A DNA stretch of 64,000 nucleotides from Octopus vulgaris (lineage: Eukaryota), in the NCBI GenBank assembly GCA_951406725.2, contig OX597816.1, forward strand, positions 84,382,001 through 84,446,000, given 5' to 3'. This document shows positions 27,069 through 41,322 of the stretch, piece by piece. Under the pieces are notes generated by a model. That model did not search any database and was not told the DNA's origin. It saw only the letters and a list, made by a program, of their open reading frames with translations. Position numbers and translations under genes: made by a program. Each line of letters starts with the position of its first letter. Within the stretch, counting starts at the first letter, position 1.

Positions 27069-27921
27069 TCTTCTGACACCCCCTTACTAATTCCTGTCTC
27101 TATTACTCCGCATCACTCGCTATATCTTTTCACTCTTTTACCTCCTACATTAATAAACGCGCTCTCTCTCTCTCTCTTCCCCAATCTCACTGTGGCATAT
27201 TTCCTCTATCTCATTTTATTTTCCTCTTTCTCTTGCTATCCTTCTCTATTCTCTCACTGATACTCTTAGCCTCTGTCAACTCTCAGCTTGCTATCTCTTT
27301 TCCTTCTCGCCCACTCTCTATCGTACGCTCGCTCTCTATCGAAACAGTAGTATTTCCTCTTTCTTTTCTCTCCCTATTATTTTTATCTGCTTTTCCCATA
27401 ATGAAACGGAACAACGATATAACATTTATATACATATATTACAGATGTTAATTCAATTACAGAATTATAGACATACGTACATACATGTATGTACACGCAA
27501 ACACAAACACACAGATACACACACGCAGACACACATTAATATATACACTTACATTTATACATGTGTGAATATATATATATATATATATATATCTTTATAT
27601 ACACATACATAGATATATATGTATACTCACACACACATATACACAAAGACAAAGGAATATATATATATATATGTATATATATATTCATACATATATGCAT
27701 ACACATATATATATGCATATGTTTATGCGTATGTGTGCGCACATCTTTCGATATAGATACGCCCAGATGCACACGCACCAGCAAATATTCTCATAGAAGC
27801 ATATATATATATATATATATATATACGTATATAAAATATAATATAGTAAGCATGTGTGTGTATATATACACACACACACATATATATATACATACATATA
27901 TATAAAATATAATATAGTATG

Positions 27922-27960
<39 letters not shown>

Positions 27961-28284
27961 ATATATATATGTATATATATATACATTTACATAAGAGTAC
28001 GTGTGCATATGTGCATATAGATATGCATGTATGAGAATAAGTATGTTCTTCTTTTACTCTTTTAATCTTTCATATGTTTCAGCTATGAGGCTGCAGCCAG
28101 TCTGGGGCACATCTATATATGTGTACTTGTATGTATGCATACGTGTGCACATGTATGCGCATGTTTCAGCACTTACGTGTTATGTGTATTTGAGTTTGAT
28201 GGATGGATTTCTCCGCTTATTATGCGTGAGCTTGTAAAATTTTCCTCTGTGTATTTCAATATCTTATACTAGACTCAAAGATTC

Positions 28285-28895
28285 GAGCTGGCAGAAACGT
28301 TAGCACGCCGGGCGAAATGATTAGCAGTATTTCCTCTGCTGCTACGTTCTGAGTTCAGATTCCGGCGAGGTCTACTTTGCCTTTCATCCTTTCGGGGTCG
28401 ATTAAATAAGTACCAGTTACGCACTGGAATCGATATAATTGACTTAATACGTTTCTCTGACCTTGTTTGTCCTCTCTGTGTTTAGCCCCTTGTGGGTAGT
28501 AAAGTAATATATGTATTTCGTCTGTCTTTACGTTCTGAGTTCAAACTCCGCCGAGGTCGACTTTGCCTTTCATCCTTTCGGGGTCGATTAAATAAGTACC
28601 AGTTACGCACTGGGGTAGATATAATCGACTTAACCCGTCTGTCTGTCCTTGTTTGTCCCCTCTGTGTGTAGCCCCTTGTGGGCAGTAAAGTAATATGAAG
28701 CGTTAGCACGCCGGGTGAAATGTTTAGCTGCATTTCGTCTATCTTTACGTTTTGAGTTCAAATTCTGCCGGGGTCGACTTTGTCTTTCATCCTTTCGGTT
28801 TCGATAAATTAAGTATCAGTTGCATACTGGGCTCGATCTAATCGACTGGCCCCCTCCCCACAAAATCTCGGGTCTTGTGCCTAAAGTAGAAAGAA
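28285..28895 (+). mobile_element. SINE family B tandem trimer
   Basis: Three successive copies of the TTTCGTCTG..GAGTTCAAATTCCGCCGAGGTCGACTTTGCCTTTCATCC block. Confidence 0.8.
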
Positions 28896-30331
28896 ATTAT
28901 ATCTTCTCGTAGAGCCTCTTCAAATTTTACTTGACTGCATACATACATATATACATAAACGCACACATATACGCACATATACACACACAAGTACACACAC
29001 ACACACACCCATATATGTATGTATGTACATACGTGTAATTACATATATATATGTACCCACATATATACACAAATACATACATACATACATACATGCATAT
29101 ATATACATGTGCGTGTATGCTTTTGTGCATGTTTCTATGTATGTGCACATTTATACATGTTTACATAATAGCCTTGTGCAAATGTATTACTATCAGATAA
29201 ATGGAAATATTTCATTCCGGACAAAACTGGTAAAATATTTACCATTATTCCATCGCTAGTGAACAGCAGGTTCTATAACAACCTAGATTCCTTCATACAG
29301 TATAAGTTACAGTAGAAAGGTAAAGTACCCTATCTTGTAAGTTGTCTTGTCTCAGCATCAATCCTCTATTATCTATTTCACTGTTGCCTCCCAATATCAT
29401 TGTCTCTGCTTTCTGTTTCATTCTTCTTTTCTTCCTTGTATTTGTTTATGTCTATAAGTATGTATGGATGTATGTATGCACATATTTCTGTACATATTTA
29501 CGTATAGAAGCACGCACGTATTTATGTTTGTACGTACGAGTTTATTTATGCATATTGGTATCTTGTTTGCCTAACCATCGACTAAATCTTTCAAATTATG
29601 TACTTGCATGCATGCATACACACGCGCACACACCCAAACACACATATACACGTACACACAAACACACGCGCGTGCTGTAACTGCTGTTGGGAAAGAATCA
29701 TAGAGAGTAAGAAGAGTGTGTCGAGTAGTCAACTACAGCCAGTAAGATGCTTCTTAGGTGATCTTACTATGGCAAAGGAAACACACGTGGAGGCAAAACT
29801 GCTGCTATCATAACTTGATCGCGCAGCTCAGCATCATAGTCATCAAAAAGTTTGAAGACCAAGTAACCAAGGAAAATAGTCGACAAGAAAGGCCAAATCG
29901 AGAAAAAGATGGCGCTGCAAAAAAGCATGGAGACGCACCTATTTATTTGAAGAGTAATGAAAACAGAAAAAATTGAACCTTTAGCGCACTGTAGGTGCAT
30001 CATGCCACTGTATGAGTTTTCACCCCTGCAGTAACAGCGCAGTAGAGGGAAAACGATTCTAGAGAAAATATTGTGTGTTAGATGTTAGTTTTTACAAGGA
30101 TTCAGCTTACGAATCCCACCACACCATTGTTCATCTAACTTTTACTTGACATGCAAAAATTCATGTAACAAGGAAACAGATCCATTATGGTTATTCCTTA
30201 TCAAGCATCGATCACTTATCTCGATTTGCCTCCTAATAATTTGATACCGACACACAGACAGCACAGAACAAAGCCATATACATTCATACAATACCTATAG
30301 ATCTTCATTTAAAGTGCTCTCAAAAGTATGC

Positions 30332-30411
<80 letters not shown>

Positions 30412-30427
30412 CTCTCTCTCTCTCTCG

Positions 30428-30477
<50 letters not shown>

Positions 30478-30479
<2 letters not shown>

Positions 30480-31222
30480 GAAATATGTTACAAAAAGAAA
30501 ATGGAAATATTTAAGATCAAATCGAATTTCACCTGAGCCTCGGAAAATCTAATCTATGCCATGACATGCTTAGGATGTGGTAACAACTATATTGGACAAA
30601 CAGGAATATCACTCCGTCGAAGAACCACTATTCACAAAGAACAAATTCGCCCCTCCCCAATACAGACAGTTAGAGGTTAGTGAACACATAGAAAGGTGTG
30701 CTAGGAATCTTAATCCTAATTTCCAAATTTTCCCCTTCTATCAATGTTCACAGAACACCTCAATGCAACAAAGAATGAATAAAGAGGCAATTTTCATCCA
30801 TAAATATCTTCCCCAACTAAATATGAACACATAACATAATACAGAACACTACTAGCCCTTCAATTAATACCACTAACATCCATACATCCCTTACACCATT
30901 CACATTACAATTCTATATCTAACCTAATTTCACAAAATCCAGAACTACTTACCTCCCCTACAAATAATCTTTTTACTCAGGAACTATTAGACCTGACACC
31001 GTTCATTAGCCGGAGTTCATTCAAAGCAATGAATAGTATCTCAGGAAACCGTGGTATGCTTGAATCTCTTTAATAATCTCATAATAATGACGTTTATGAC
31101 TTTTATTACTTTCATTCCTACCTCAGTTCATCTAATTGTATATATCTGTCGTTACCTCTCATAAAAAGCCTTTACTTTTTTTTATTTACAATGTGCATTT
31201 TCGTTGATTTTTCTTACTTTCC

Positions 31223-31228
<6 letters not shown>
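30478..31228 (+). mobile_element. Penelope-like element 3' region, second GIY-YIG family
   Basis: FT*ASENLIYAMTCLGCGNNYIGQTGISLRRRTTIHKEQIR / QYRQLEVSEHIERCA...KEAIFIHKYLPQLN; (TA)n on both sides; GAAACCGTGGTA HHR-like half in the tail. Confidence 0.8.
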
Positions 31229-31269
<41 letters not shown>

Positions 31270-31614
31270 CTTAAGCTTTCCGGTACTAATAAGCGTTAGT
31301 CGAGAACAGTGCTCATAAGAAAGGAGATGACAAAAGAATAATCGATTATATTATATCGTATGAACTTAATTTGCTTACAACTGTGCCCATTATCGGATGT
31401 GGTAGACTCAGGCACTCATCTGTGAGTCCACCTGGAAACAGCTGTAAGCAAATGAAGTTAGAAAGATAATCGTTCTTTCCTTTAATAATCGTTCTTTCTC
31501 AATACCCACATAAATACACACATACACATATGTATATATTGGAGAGAGTGAGAGAGAGTGAGAGAGAGGGAGAGATAGATAGTTAGATAGACAGACAGAC
31601 AGACAGACAGAAAC

Positions 31615-31698
<84 letters not shown>

Positions 31699-32149
31699 GG
31701 AGAAACATGTTTAATATTACTTCTATTAAGTGTCGTTGTGACTAAAATTATGTTATTCCTTCATTAATAACACTGCCCCCCACCCACCCAGCATTTTATG
31801 TCGTTGCGTTCCGAGTTCGAATTATGGTTAAGTCGACTTTGCCTTTCATCATTTCTGAGATGATGAAATAAATACCAGTCAAGTACTGGAGTCGATGTAA
31901 TCGATTTTCTCAAAAACTGCTGGCCTTGTGCCAGAATTTGAAACTAATATCGTCTTCTTTCGTTTCATCGCATCATTATTTCTCAGTAGCATTTTAATGC
32001 TTCCTGAATTAATTATGTTCTGGCAAAACTTGATAAATATTTTTCTAGTTAGTGATTTTTCTGAGTTATTATTCTATGTATATTGCTGTTGGTAAAGACA
32101 CAATGTTCTTATTTCTCATTATTCGTTATTTTATTATAATCTAACAACT

Positions 32150-32960
32150 AGTTTCGTTTTGGGATTTGGTTTGCAAGATTTTTTTTATGTGAGTTTGTGT
32201 GTTGAAGCATATTCTGTTGTGTCTGGGAAGAATCATTTTCTTTTTGTGCCTCATAATTTAACACACTCACCGGTAAAATTTCCACTTATTCCTTATTTTT
32301 ATTTTCCTAAAATGTTCGTTGCGTCTTGCAACCTTTTCAATAGTCTTACCGGTGAGTATGTTAAATTATAAGGCACAAAAAGAAAATGACTCTCCCCAGA
32401 CACAACAAAATAACGACTAGTTGTTTCCCCAAATATTATTAAAAGTATATCCATAATTGAAAGATATATATAGTAGGAAAAGTCATATTTATAATAAATG
32501 TATAGCCACTTATGATAAAAAGGAGTACTGGTGGAATGTTCCAGTGAAAACCTCAATAAAATGTAAACACAATAGACCTGCTATAATGATTTGGGATAGA
32601 GAAGAGAAACTGTGTACAGTTGTGGAATGTAGATGCCCAGCGGATGTTAACATAAAGCTGAAGAACAGTTAAAAAGAAAATACCTACACTGAACTATTGA
32701 GAAATCTGCAGCTACTATATCCAGATAACAAGTTCAAGTTTATACCTGTTATTATTGAGGCACACTGCCTAAATACCAATCTTGAGAAATTAGGCTTCTC
32801 AAAACCTGAAAGGAGAAAACTGATTCGAAGACTACAGATCCAACCCATCACTGGAATTGTTAAAATCTGTAAAACGTTCCAGAATTTTACCATTTAAGTA
32901 TATACTAGCATGTCTAGATATGTAACTATTTGCATGAGAATACATACATAAAACAAAACA
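32150..32960 (+). mobile_element. Second R4-like RLE retrotransposon remnant with an inverted duplicated 5' segment
   Basis: EYWWNVPVKTSIKCKHNRPAIMIWDREEKLCTVVE..CPAD, FIPVII, KICKTF motifs; 32213-32274 is an inverted copy of 32348-32408. Confidence 0.75.
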
Positions 32961-32983
32961 TACAAATCTGCGCATATACATAC

Positions 32984-33033
<50 letters not shown>

Positions 33034-33966
33034 ATGGAGAGAGGGGAGAGAGAGAGAAGACACAAGAGAACGGGCTTCCTTTAATTAAGGTTAACCTTGA
33101 ATACGCGCTTGTGTATGCAGGTCTAGGCAAGGAATTTTGGGAAAACTTGGCAGCTGCCTTCGCATGCAAGTCTCCCCTTTACACGCTACTAATGCTGCTG
33201 AAGGAAGAACTGCTACATTAGGGCCAATAGAACTTGGTGTCAGTGTCATCGCTCAAATTTCAGGAACAGATAGCAAATGGCAGTCTGGCGACCTTATAAC
33301 AGTTACGCCAATCCATTGCTCTCGGTCGGTAAACATTTAATCGAAGCCTGAGAAATGAAAAGTATAGCTGACCCTCCAGGGATTGAAACGAGAACACAGA
33401 AACTCTGTCACTTTTGCATTGGGATTATCAGAACATTCTTCCTGTTACTTTTATTAACGCACCCTATCTCACTTATTGCGTTCGAGAAACAAAAATGATT
33501 GATTATACAGTAAGAGTGCTCTCCAAACTAGGCAATAAGTGTTTAACTCCCATCATTTCTATACATGCTTGTTTGACTCAATAAAAATGAAACGGCCTAA
33601 CTTGATATGAGGATATCTAACCATTTGAACCATAGAGCAATAGAAACGATATACTTTAAATCATATGAAACCAATGCCTATTTTTTTTACTTTTTTGCAT
33701 ATTCAAATATTTTACACACTGTATTAAGAGAATTATTCCTTCGAAATATGAGCACCAGTCTATTGCTGTTGTACTTCTTGAACCGTTTACAGAGAAAACA
33801 ATTACGTCACCAAAGTACAATTCGAATTCAGTACTAAGAATCAAGAAGATAAAGTTTATAAAATACTACAACCAGCGCTTGTATATGGGCGCTGCGAATG
33901 ATTGTGTATGTATTGGGTGTTATATTTTACTCAAAGCTGCATATGTACGAATTTATATCCAACCAG

Positions 33967-34038
<72 letters not shown>

Positions 34039-34046
34039 TTTTTTTT

Positions 34047-34086
<40 letters not shown>

Positions 34087-34176
34087 TGTGTGTATTGATA
34101 GAAATGGTAATAGAACAAAACAATGAAAGAGACCTCGATAAATAGAGGAGTCTATCGGTAAATATCATATGTGATA

Positions 34177-34362
34177 ATTATTCGGTAGCCATGATAAATC
34201 TACGAGTTTCGGATGTCGGGGCGGAAAACCACGCCGGCATCTCTTCAGTTATCGGACCATATTCATAGCATCTTTTTGATGGTCCGATAACTGAAGAGAT
34301 ACTGGCGTGGGTTTCCGCCCCGACATCCGAAACTCGGAGTTTTATCATGGCTGCCGAATAAT
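34177..34362. repeat. 84-bp inverted repeat carrying HHR
   Basis: Arms 34177-34260 and 34279-34362, next to (TA)n. Confidence 0.85.
34286..34346 (+). ncRNA. Type I hammerhead motif
   Basis: GAUAA-CUGAAGA-GAU...AUC-C-GAAA-CUCGGAG-UU-UUAUC; GUU triplet; extra C before GAAA. Confidence 0.65.
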
Positions 34363-34378
34363 AGTCACACATTATATT

Positions 34379-34420
<42 letters not shown>

Positions 34421-34510
34421 TGTATGTATGTATGTATGTATGTATATATTTATGTATGTATACATGTATGTATAGATAAATAAATACTTACATATATTAT
34501 AGCCTATTAT

Positions 34511-34552
<42 letters not shown>

Positions 34553-35096
34553 ATATTTTCTATCGCCCCAGCATATCTGCACCTCTTGAAGTGAGATAGA
34601 TAAAAGAGTATGCCTGCGCGAGAGTGTATGGTTTATAACTATTAATATATATGCGCGTATATATGTGTATATATATAAACACATATGCGCGCGCGTACAC
34701 ACAAATATACACACACTAATATATATGCACACACACTAACATACATATATCTATCTATGTATCTATCTATAAATATATATACATACATGTAAGTATGTAT
34801 ATGTATATATGCGTATATATATATATGTGTGTGTATGTGTGTATTTATATATTGAAAGAGGTATGAAGGAAGGAAAGAGAAGAGATTTCTGTGTGCATAT
34901 ATAAATGTTTGTATGAGGGATGGAGTGAGGTGTTAGCGTGTATATGTATATACATCTGCTTGCACGAAGTGATGTGTAACATAATGTTTTGTCTGGAATT
35001 ACAATCTTCTCTCCGCTCTGACAGTTTTGTATTTTCATTATATTGTAATATAAAACCCGTATTTTTATTCTATTATTATTGTTGTTCTTGTTGTTG

Positions 35097-35164
<68 letters not shown>

Positions 35165-35250
35165 GTTACTATTATTCTTTTAACAGCAGTGAATATTATA
35201 ACAAAAGGAGAGGAAACAGAAGATTACCCACACGAAAACATGATGTGGCA

Positions 35251-35304
<54 letters not shown>

Positions 35305-35492
35305 GTATGTATGTATACGTGCGTGCGTGTGTATAAAAATAAACAAATCAAAAAACACAAAAGAAAGAAGTCTATAAAAGGCAAAATGTGTATGTGTGTG
35401 TGTATGCACACACATGCATACACACACATACACACACACACGTACACATATATATTATGAACATCTATATCTATACATATATACTGTGAATA

Positions 35493-35526
<34 letters not shown>

Positions 35527-36097
35527 TTTGTGTATGTATGTATGTGTAAATATATATATATATATGAATAGGTATATATACATATACATAGTACATATAA
35601 GCACATATATCAATAGGCATATCTATGTATGGAAATACTTCCCTGTGTCGGACTCTCCCTTCTCTTTCTGTCTCTGTCTCTCTATATATCTATACATACA
35701 TATATACATACACACACACAACCACACACACACACATACACACACACACAAGTATATATATATATATATATATAAAACAAACTAATAAACTTCATTAGCT
35801 TCATCATCCAAATATTGGATACGGTGAACTCATATTTGAGTGCCTGAGTAAACCGTTATCATCATCAGAGCCTTAGACATGAAGAGCAATTTTTTTCAGG
35901 AAAGAGATACATTTCAGCAAATATACCAGAAAACATTACCAATGAGAAAGCATATATGTCGAAGATGAAATATATATATATATTAGTTTAAATGCATGTG
36001 TGTAATATGTCTATAAATTCAAGTATTCAAATTAGAAAATACAAAAGAAAAGACAAAATGAAGGTATATATGTGTGTGTGATTAAATATGTATAAGT

Positions 36098-36193
<96 letters not shown>

Positions 36194-36755
36194 GTATGTA
36201 TGTATATATATGTATGTGTGTGTGTGTGTATATATTCACATAAGTGAATACTTATGTATGAGGGTAATTTTAAATGTGTAATTTGCTATTCCCCACTAGG
36301 CGCAAGGCCAAATCTATAAAGAAAGTTAGTTTAGTCGAATGCTTTTAGTACAGTTATTGCTTGATACTGTTGTTATTTTCTTTTATCACTTAATGCCCCT
36401 ACATCTGGGTGTTTTTGCCATTGCGTATACCATCCGTACAACCATAGAAGCACATTTGCACTCACGCATACACGCGTGCACATACGTACATATATTTACA
36501 CACGTACACTTATGTGTGTATTAATGGTTAATTATGGATATTTAGTCATGTCAATATACATCCGGTCCGAAAATTTTGTGCGCACGGAAAACTTGCCAAA
36601 ATAAACGTTACGGATACAAATATTAAACCTCTTTTCACGTCTTGGTTCTTTTGATGCTCATATGTAGCACACACGCACACACATACACATACACACACAC
36701 GCACGCCCACATACACACACGCACACACATATATATTCATATAATATTTATTATT

Positions 36756-36808
<53 letters not shown>

Positions 36809-36901
36809 ATATACATATTATTATATGTATATAAATACATATCTATACATTTATATATATATGTCTGTATGTATATATATATATGTATATATGTATTTAT
36901 G

Positions 36902-36932
<31 letters not shown>

Positions 36933-36935
36933 GTA

Positions 36936-36979
<44 letters not shown>

Positions 36980-36986
36980 TACATAG

Positions 36987-37033
<47 letters not shown>

Positions 37034-37226
37034 TATATATACACACGCACACACACATACAAAGCATGTGTTTGTCACATATATACAGGTATGTATATAA
37101 AATTTATACAAGAAGATGGAATGAAAGGGCTCTAATTACAAAGCACAATTCGCCCTGTGCAATTGTAACAATGGTTAGTATGTGATTTTTTTCTTTAACA
37201 TAACATAGCAGTGCTGTCAAAGTCGC

Positions 37227-37354
37227 GCACCTGATGATGTGTCAGTACAAAGCTTGCTGCTAGATCATATTATTTACGTAATTCGTGTAATAGCATGTTA
37301 AGGATAAATCAGCAACGAACAGCTGTTACTATTGCACAGAAACAATTGTTGTGT
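37227..37354 (+). ncRNA. Type I hammerhead motif with about 100-nt stem II domain
   Basis: GCAC-CUGAUGA-UGUG(U)CAGUA...UAUUGCACA-GAAA-CAAUUG-UU-GUGU; palindromic ACAAUUGU stem III. Confidence 0.7.
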
Positions 37355-38419
37355 TTTTAATTAAAGCCTATTCCTTCCATTTTCTTGTATAAATGTATAT
37401 AAATTCAGTATACGCTAACAGAGTTCAATATGTATTTCCAGAAGAAGGAATAACCCTGCTGTAAAATGGCATATGACAGCCGACAACAGGTATAGGAGCT
37501 TTTAAGTGTACGTTATGAGTGTATTACTCAGATTAATATTAAATAATTAATATATATGTAAACACACGCAGGCACACACATACATACACACATACACACA
37601 AATATATACATATATATTTGCATATATATTATATATTCAAATATATATGTGTGTACGTATATATATATGTGTGTGTGTATGTGGTCGTGTGTGGTCGTGT
37701 GTGTGTATGTGTGTATGAGTGAGTATGTGTGTTATGTTACCTCTTTCAATAAGAGCTAATACGGCGATGTTGTGGCAAGCAATACCCTGCAACAATCGGA
37801 AGGAAAGGAAAGGAAATAGCAATATCATTTGATTTTTCTTTATGCAAAAGACGCGATCGTCTCGAACTAATATTATGAAACATTAATCTCATGCAATTTA
37901 TTTTAATTTATTACATGTATTATTTCAGCATGACTAAATCTTCTTTTAAACTAATTCCAACCAGGACCATGTATTTTGGTTAAAATGGAAATGCATGCTC
38001 AAACTTCTCAAATCATTTTCTTCCTTCATTTTTACTATAAATTTAGTCGTGTGACACCTCTTAACCTTCGCAGTAAACACATACATACATAATATATACA
38101 TACAAAAATGTATACATACACAAACACACATACATATACAGGTAGATCTAAACTGGTTTGTGCACAGAGTTCGAGCTTGTTAATTAGTGTATGTAATATG
38201 TAGTGTTGTCCTGTTAATGATTTGATCTATCCATGCTATATTTCGTGACATCACTGCAAAGATCTGCATGTAAATCAATTCATATTACTACCTATTCCAC
38301 TTCCCGAAATTGAGTTATAACGTCTTAATATCTCTCATTTATTTAGATGCTATGCAGAGATAATTGTCAGTGATGTGAGACTTTGTGCGTTAGAATATGT
38401 AACTGGTCTTTTTAGTGGG

Positions 38420-38458
38420 ATTTTTATCGCCTGACATTAGTATTCAGGCGATAAAAAT
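38420..38458. repeat. Perfect 15-bp hairpin
   Basis: ATTTTTATCGCCTGA-9 nt-TCAGGCGATAAAAAT. Confidence 0.8.
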
Positions 38459-38590
38459 TTATTCTCTGCTACAGGACCCATATTATTTCTAACAATCTTG
38501 TACTAAATATTATCAGCGGCCACCTGGTTAACTGTCGATGAGTTGTTGTCAGATTTCTAACATGAAGACGAATCAAGTGGGCCGTAATGT

Positions 38591-38696
38591 ATTACATGGA
38601 AAAATGCGAGCAAGAGAAATAATATTCTTAAGATTATAAACCTGGAAAATTACAGGACAAATTATTATTTCTCTTGCTCGCATTTTTCCATGTAAT
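38591..38696. repeat. Perfect 34-bp inverted repeat
   Basis: ATTACATGGAAAAATGCGAGCAAGAGAAATAATA at 38591-38624 and its reverse complement at 38663-38696. Confidence 0.85.
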
Positions 38697-39064
38697 CCAT
38701 ATTTCTTCCAGGCCATGCTATTATGCTAATTATTCATGTGTCAAATGTATCAATTAGCGGTGTCGTTGATAATTTTTCCTTACCTCAATGATGACGGTGA
38801 TATATATTAAAAATCCCTTTCATAAGAAAATTCAGGTGACGACAAGAGAATGTTCTCATGACAAGATAAATATGTATATATATATATATGTGTGTGTGTG
38901 TGCGTGCGTGCATCGGTGAGTGTGTGTTTGTATGTTGTGTAGACATACATATATATGTGTTTATATATATATATACATACATACACACACACACATATAT
39001 ATGTATGCACACATACATATGTGTGTGTATGTATGTGTGTGTGTGAGTGTGAGTGAGTGTGTGT

Positions 39065-39130
<66 letters not shown>

Positions 39131-40120
39131 AAGAAATATCTGTCAGCATGTTCTGTTTGCACAGAAACAAAGCTAACCGAATATTATTCCCAGAACTTAT
39201 TAAAGTATAGCTTACATCTTGATGAAATTCGGATCTGATGCATGTGTAAGATATACATTCCAAACGTAAGTAAAACCAAACATAGTTTATTGATAAGAAT
39301 ATGCACATTCTTCGCAGACGATGATATCTCAGATTTCTGATACACGTGCAAACATCAATGAGGCATAAAGAATCTAGAGTGTTAGAGAATCATTCGCTTA
39401 GAAGTGCTTAGTAATATTCTGTACAAATATATAGTAATAAGCACTTAGCATCTCTGTCATGAAATCAAATATATTGCGATATATTTCTAAATAATTGTAG
39501 AGCATTTTAATCTAAAAGGAGATTAATGCAACGCCAATTTTGCCGGTTATATTCCTTCGTTGAGAAGTGAAATTTAATTCTTACTCTTCGACATGATGCC
39601 GTAAATTATTCTTTATCAGACCAACAGAAAAAATTAGCCTACATTCTAAACACTATCCAACTTGTGATATTTTCATGGTTATACGAAATTGAAACTTCAC
39701 ATGTTATGTAAGCTTTTACACGCATTTGAATTCTTTCATATGCATTAGATTGGTTTATGATACACCCTGCGATTGTTGTACAGGTTTGCATTAGACACTT
39801 TGCACCTAAGCTTTGCACCCAAGGGATTAGCGTCTGCGAAACTAACCTGTTTAGTTAGCGGATTAGCGGTTAGCGAAGCTGACTTTTTGGTTAGCTGTGC
39901 CAATCATTGGTGGAGAATTTTAATCAGGCATCCCTGTAATATAGAAAATTCGACTCTTCCACCTGAATAAAATGGATTCGTCTGCATGATGAATTATTTT
40001 CTCTTCGCTTATGTGTGTCTGCTCGCATAACACAACACGCGTACTGAAGAAATGTTTACATCAACGTTTATTGTATTTGTGGTCTTAGGGATTTTGTTAT
40101 TATGTGCATCAAATCATTGC

Positions 40121-40151
<31 letters not shown>

Positions 40152-40393
40152 CGCACATTCACACGCATATACTCTTCTAATTATTTATTCTTTTACTTGT
40201 TTCAGTCATTTTGATTGCGCCCATGCTGGATTACAGTCTTGAATCGAGGAATTCAACCCGAGGACTTATTCTTTGTAAGCCTAGTACTTATTTTATCATC
40301 TGTTTTGCCGAACCGTTAAGCTACGGGTTCGTAAACACACCAAAATCTGTTGTCAAGCGATGGTGAGGGGGACAAATACAGACACACTAATAC

Positions 40394-40492
<99 letters not shown>

Positions 40493-40972
40493 TATATTAA
40501 CGGATTTTTTCTCTTACGAGGTTTTTCACGCTGACTACTGATAATTTCTTTTAAAGATTTTATCCTCAATTGTTAATTTATATTTTTCACCGGAATAGTT
40601 CAATACTGAATTTTTTATTTTTTATTCCGACTAGACAATTTGTTACCGAAATGCATTGTGAATAAGCCCGCCATTTTCATAGATATGTAAAGATAAACAT
40701 TCGTACATGCTACGACGAAATCTACGGTTGGCTATCGAGCTTGTAGTGTTATGTTTTTCTCTTATATTTCTTGAGTTTGTTGCACTGATGAACATGAAAT
40801 GCATATTCTGCATTAAATGCGAAATCACATGTGATATGTAACTGAATTCTTTTTTAAAATGATGTGTTTTGAAGTTTTGCATTCGGTAAATGTTTATTTT
40901 TAGTAGTTTTGACCGCATTGGTCCCTCTTAGCGTGTTGGTATCTACGAATAGTAGTACCCTCAATATAATAT

Positions 40973-41058
<86 letters not shown>

Positions 41059-41239
41059 TATGTACGACATGCTTCTTTCAATTTCTGATTTTTAATGAAT
41101 TCTTGGGAATTTCTTGAGTGTATCATTTTTAATATTTGCGTGTGTGTTTGTTTTATTCTAAGGCCGTGGTGGATATGCCGTTTGTTGTAGACGTGTTCAA
41201 AAGGGGTCTGTATTTTGTAATAAAAAGACTCTCTTTAAT

Positions 41240-41322
41240 AATTCGTTGGCTACAGGTTGTATCGTCCCTGAATTTTGCCCCTCTACCAATTCAGGGACGA
41301 TACAACTTGTAGCCAACGAATT
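41240..41322. repeat. 35-bp inverted repeat at the end of an unclassified repeat
   Basis: Arms 41240-41274 and 41288-41322, one mismatch. Confidence 0.8.

Noticed and set aside
33137-33340. 67-aa non-repetitive ORF
   Set aside because: Non-ATG start, no recognisable domain and no clear splice signals
39830-39910. GTTAGCGG repeats resembling a telomeric or hAT subterminal end
   Set aside because: Only three short degenerate units and no partner terminus in the window, so it cannot be classified
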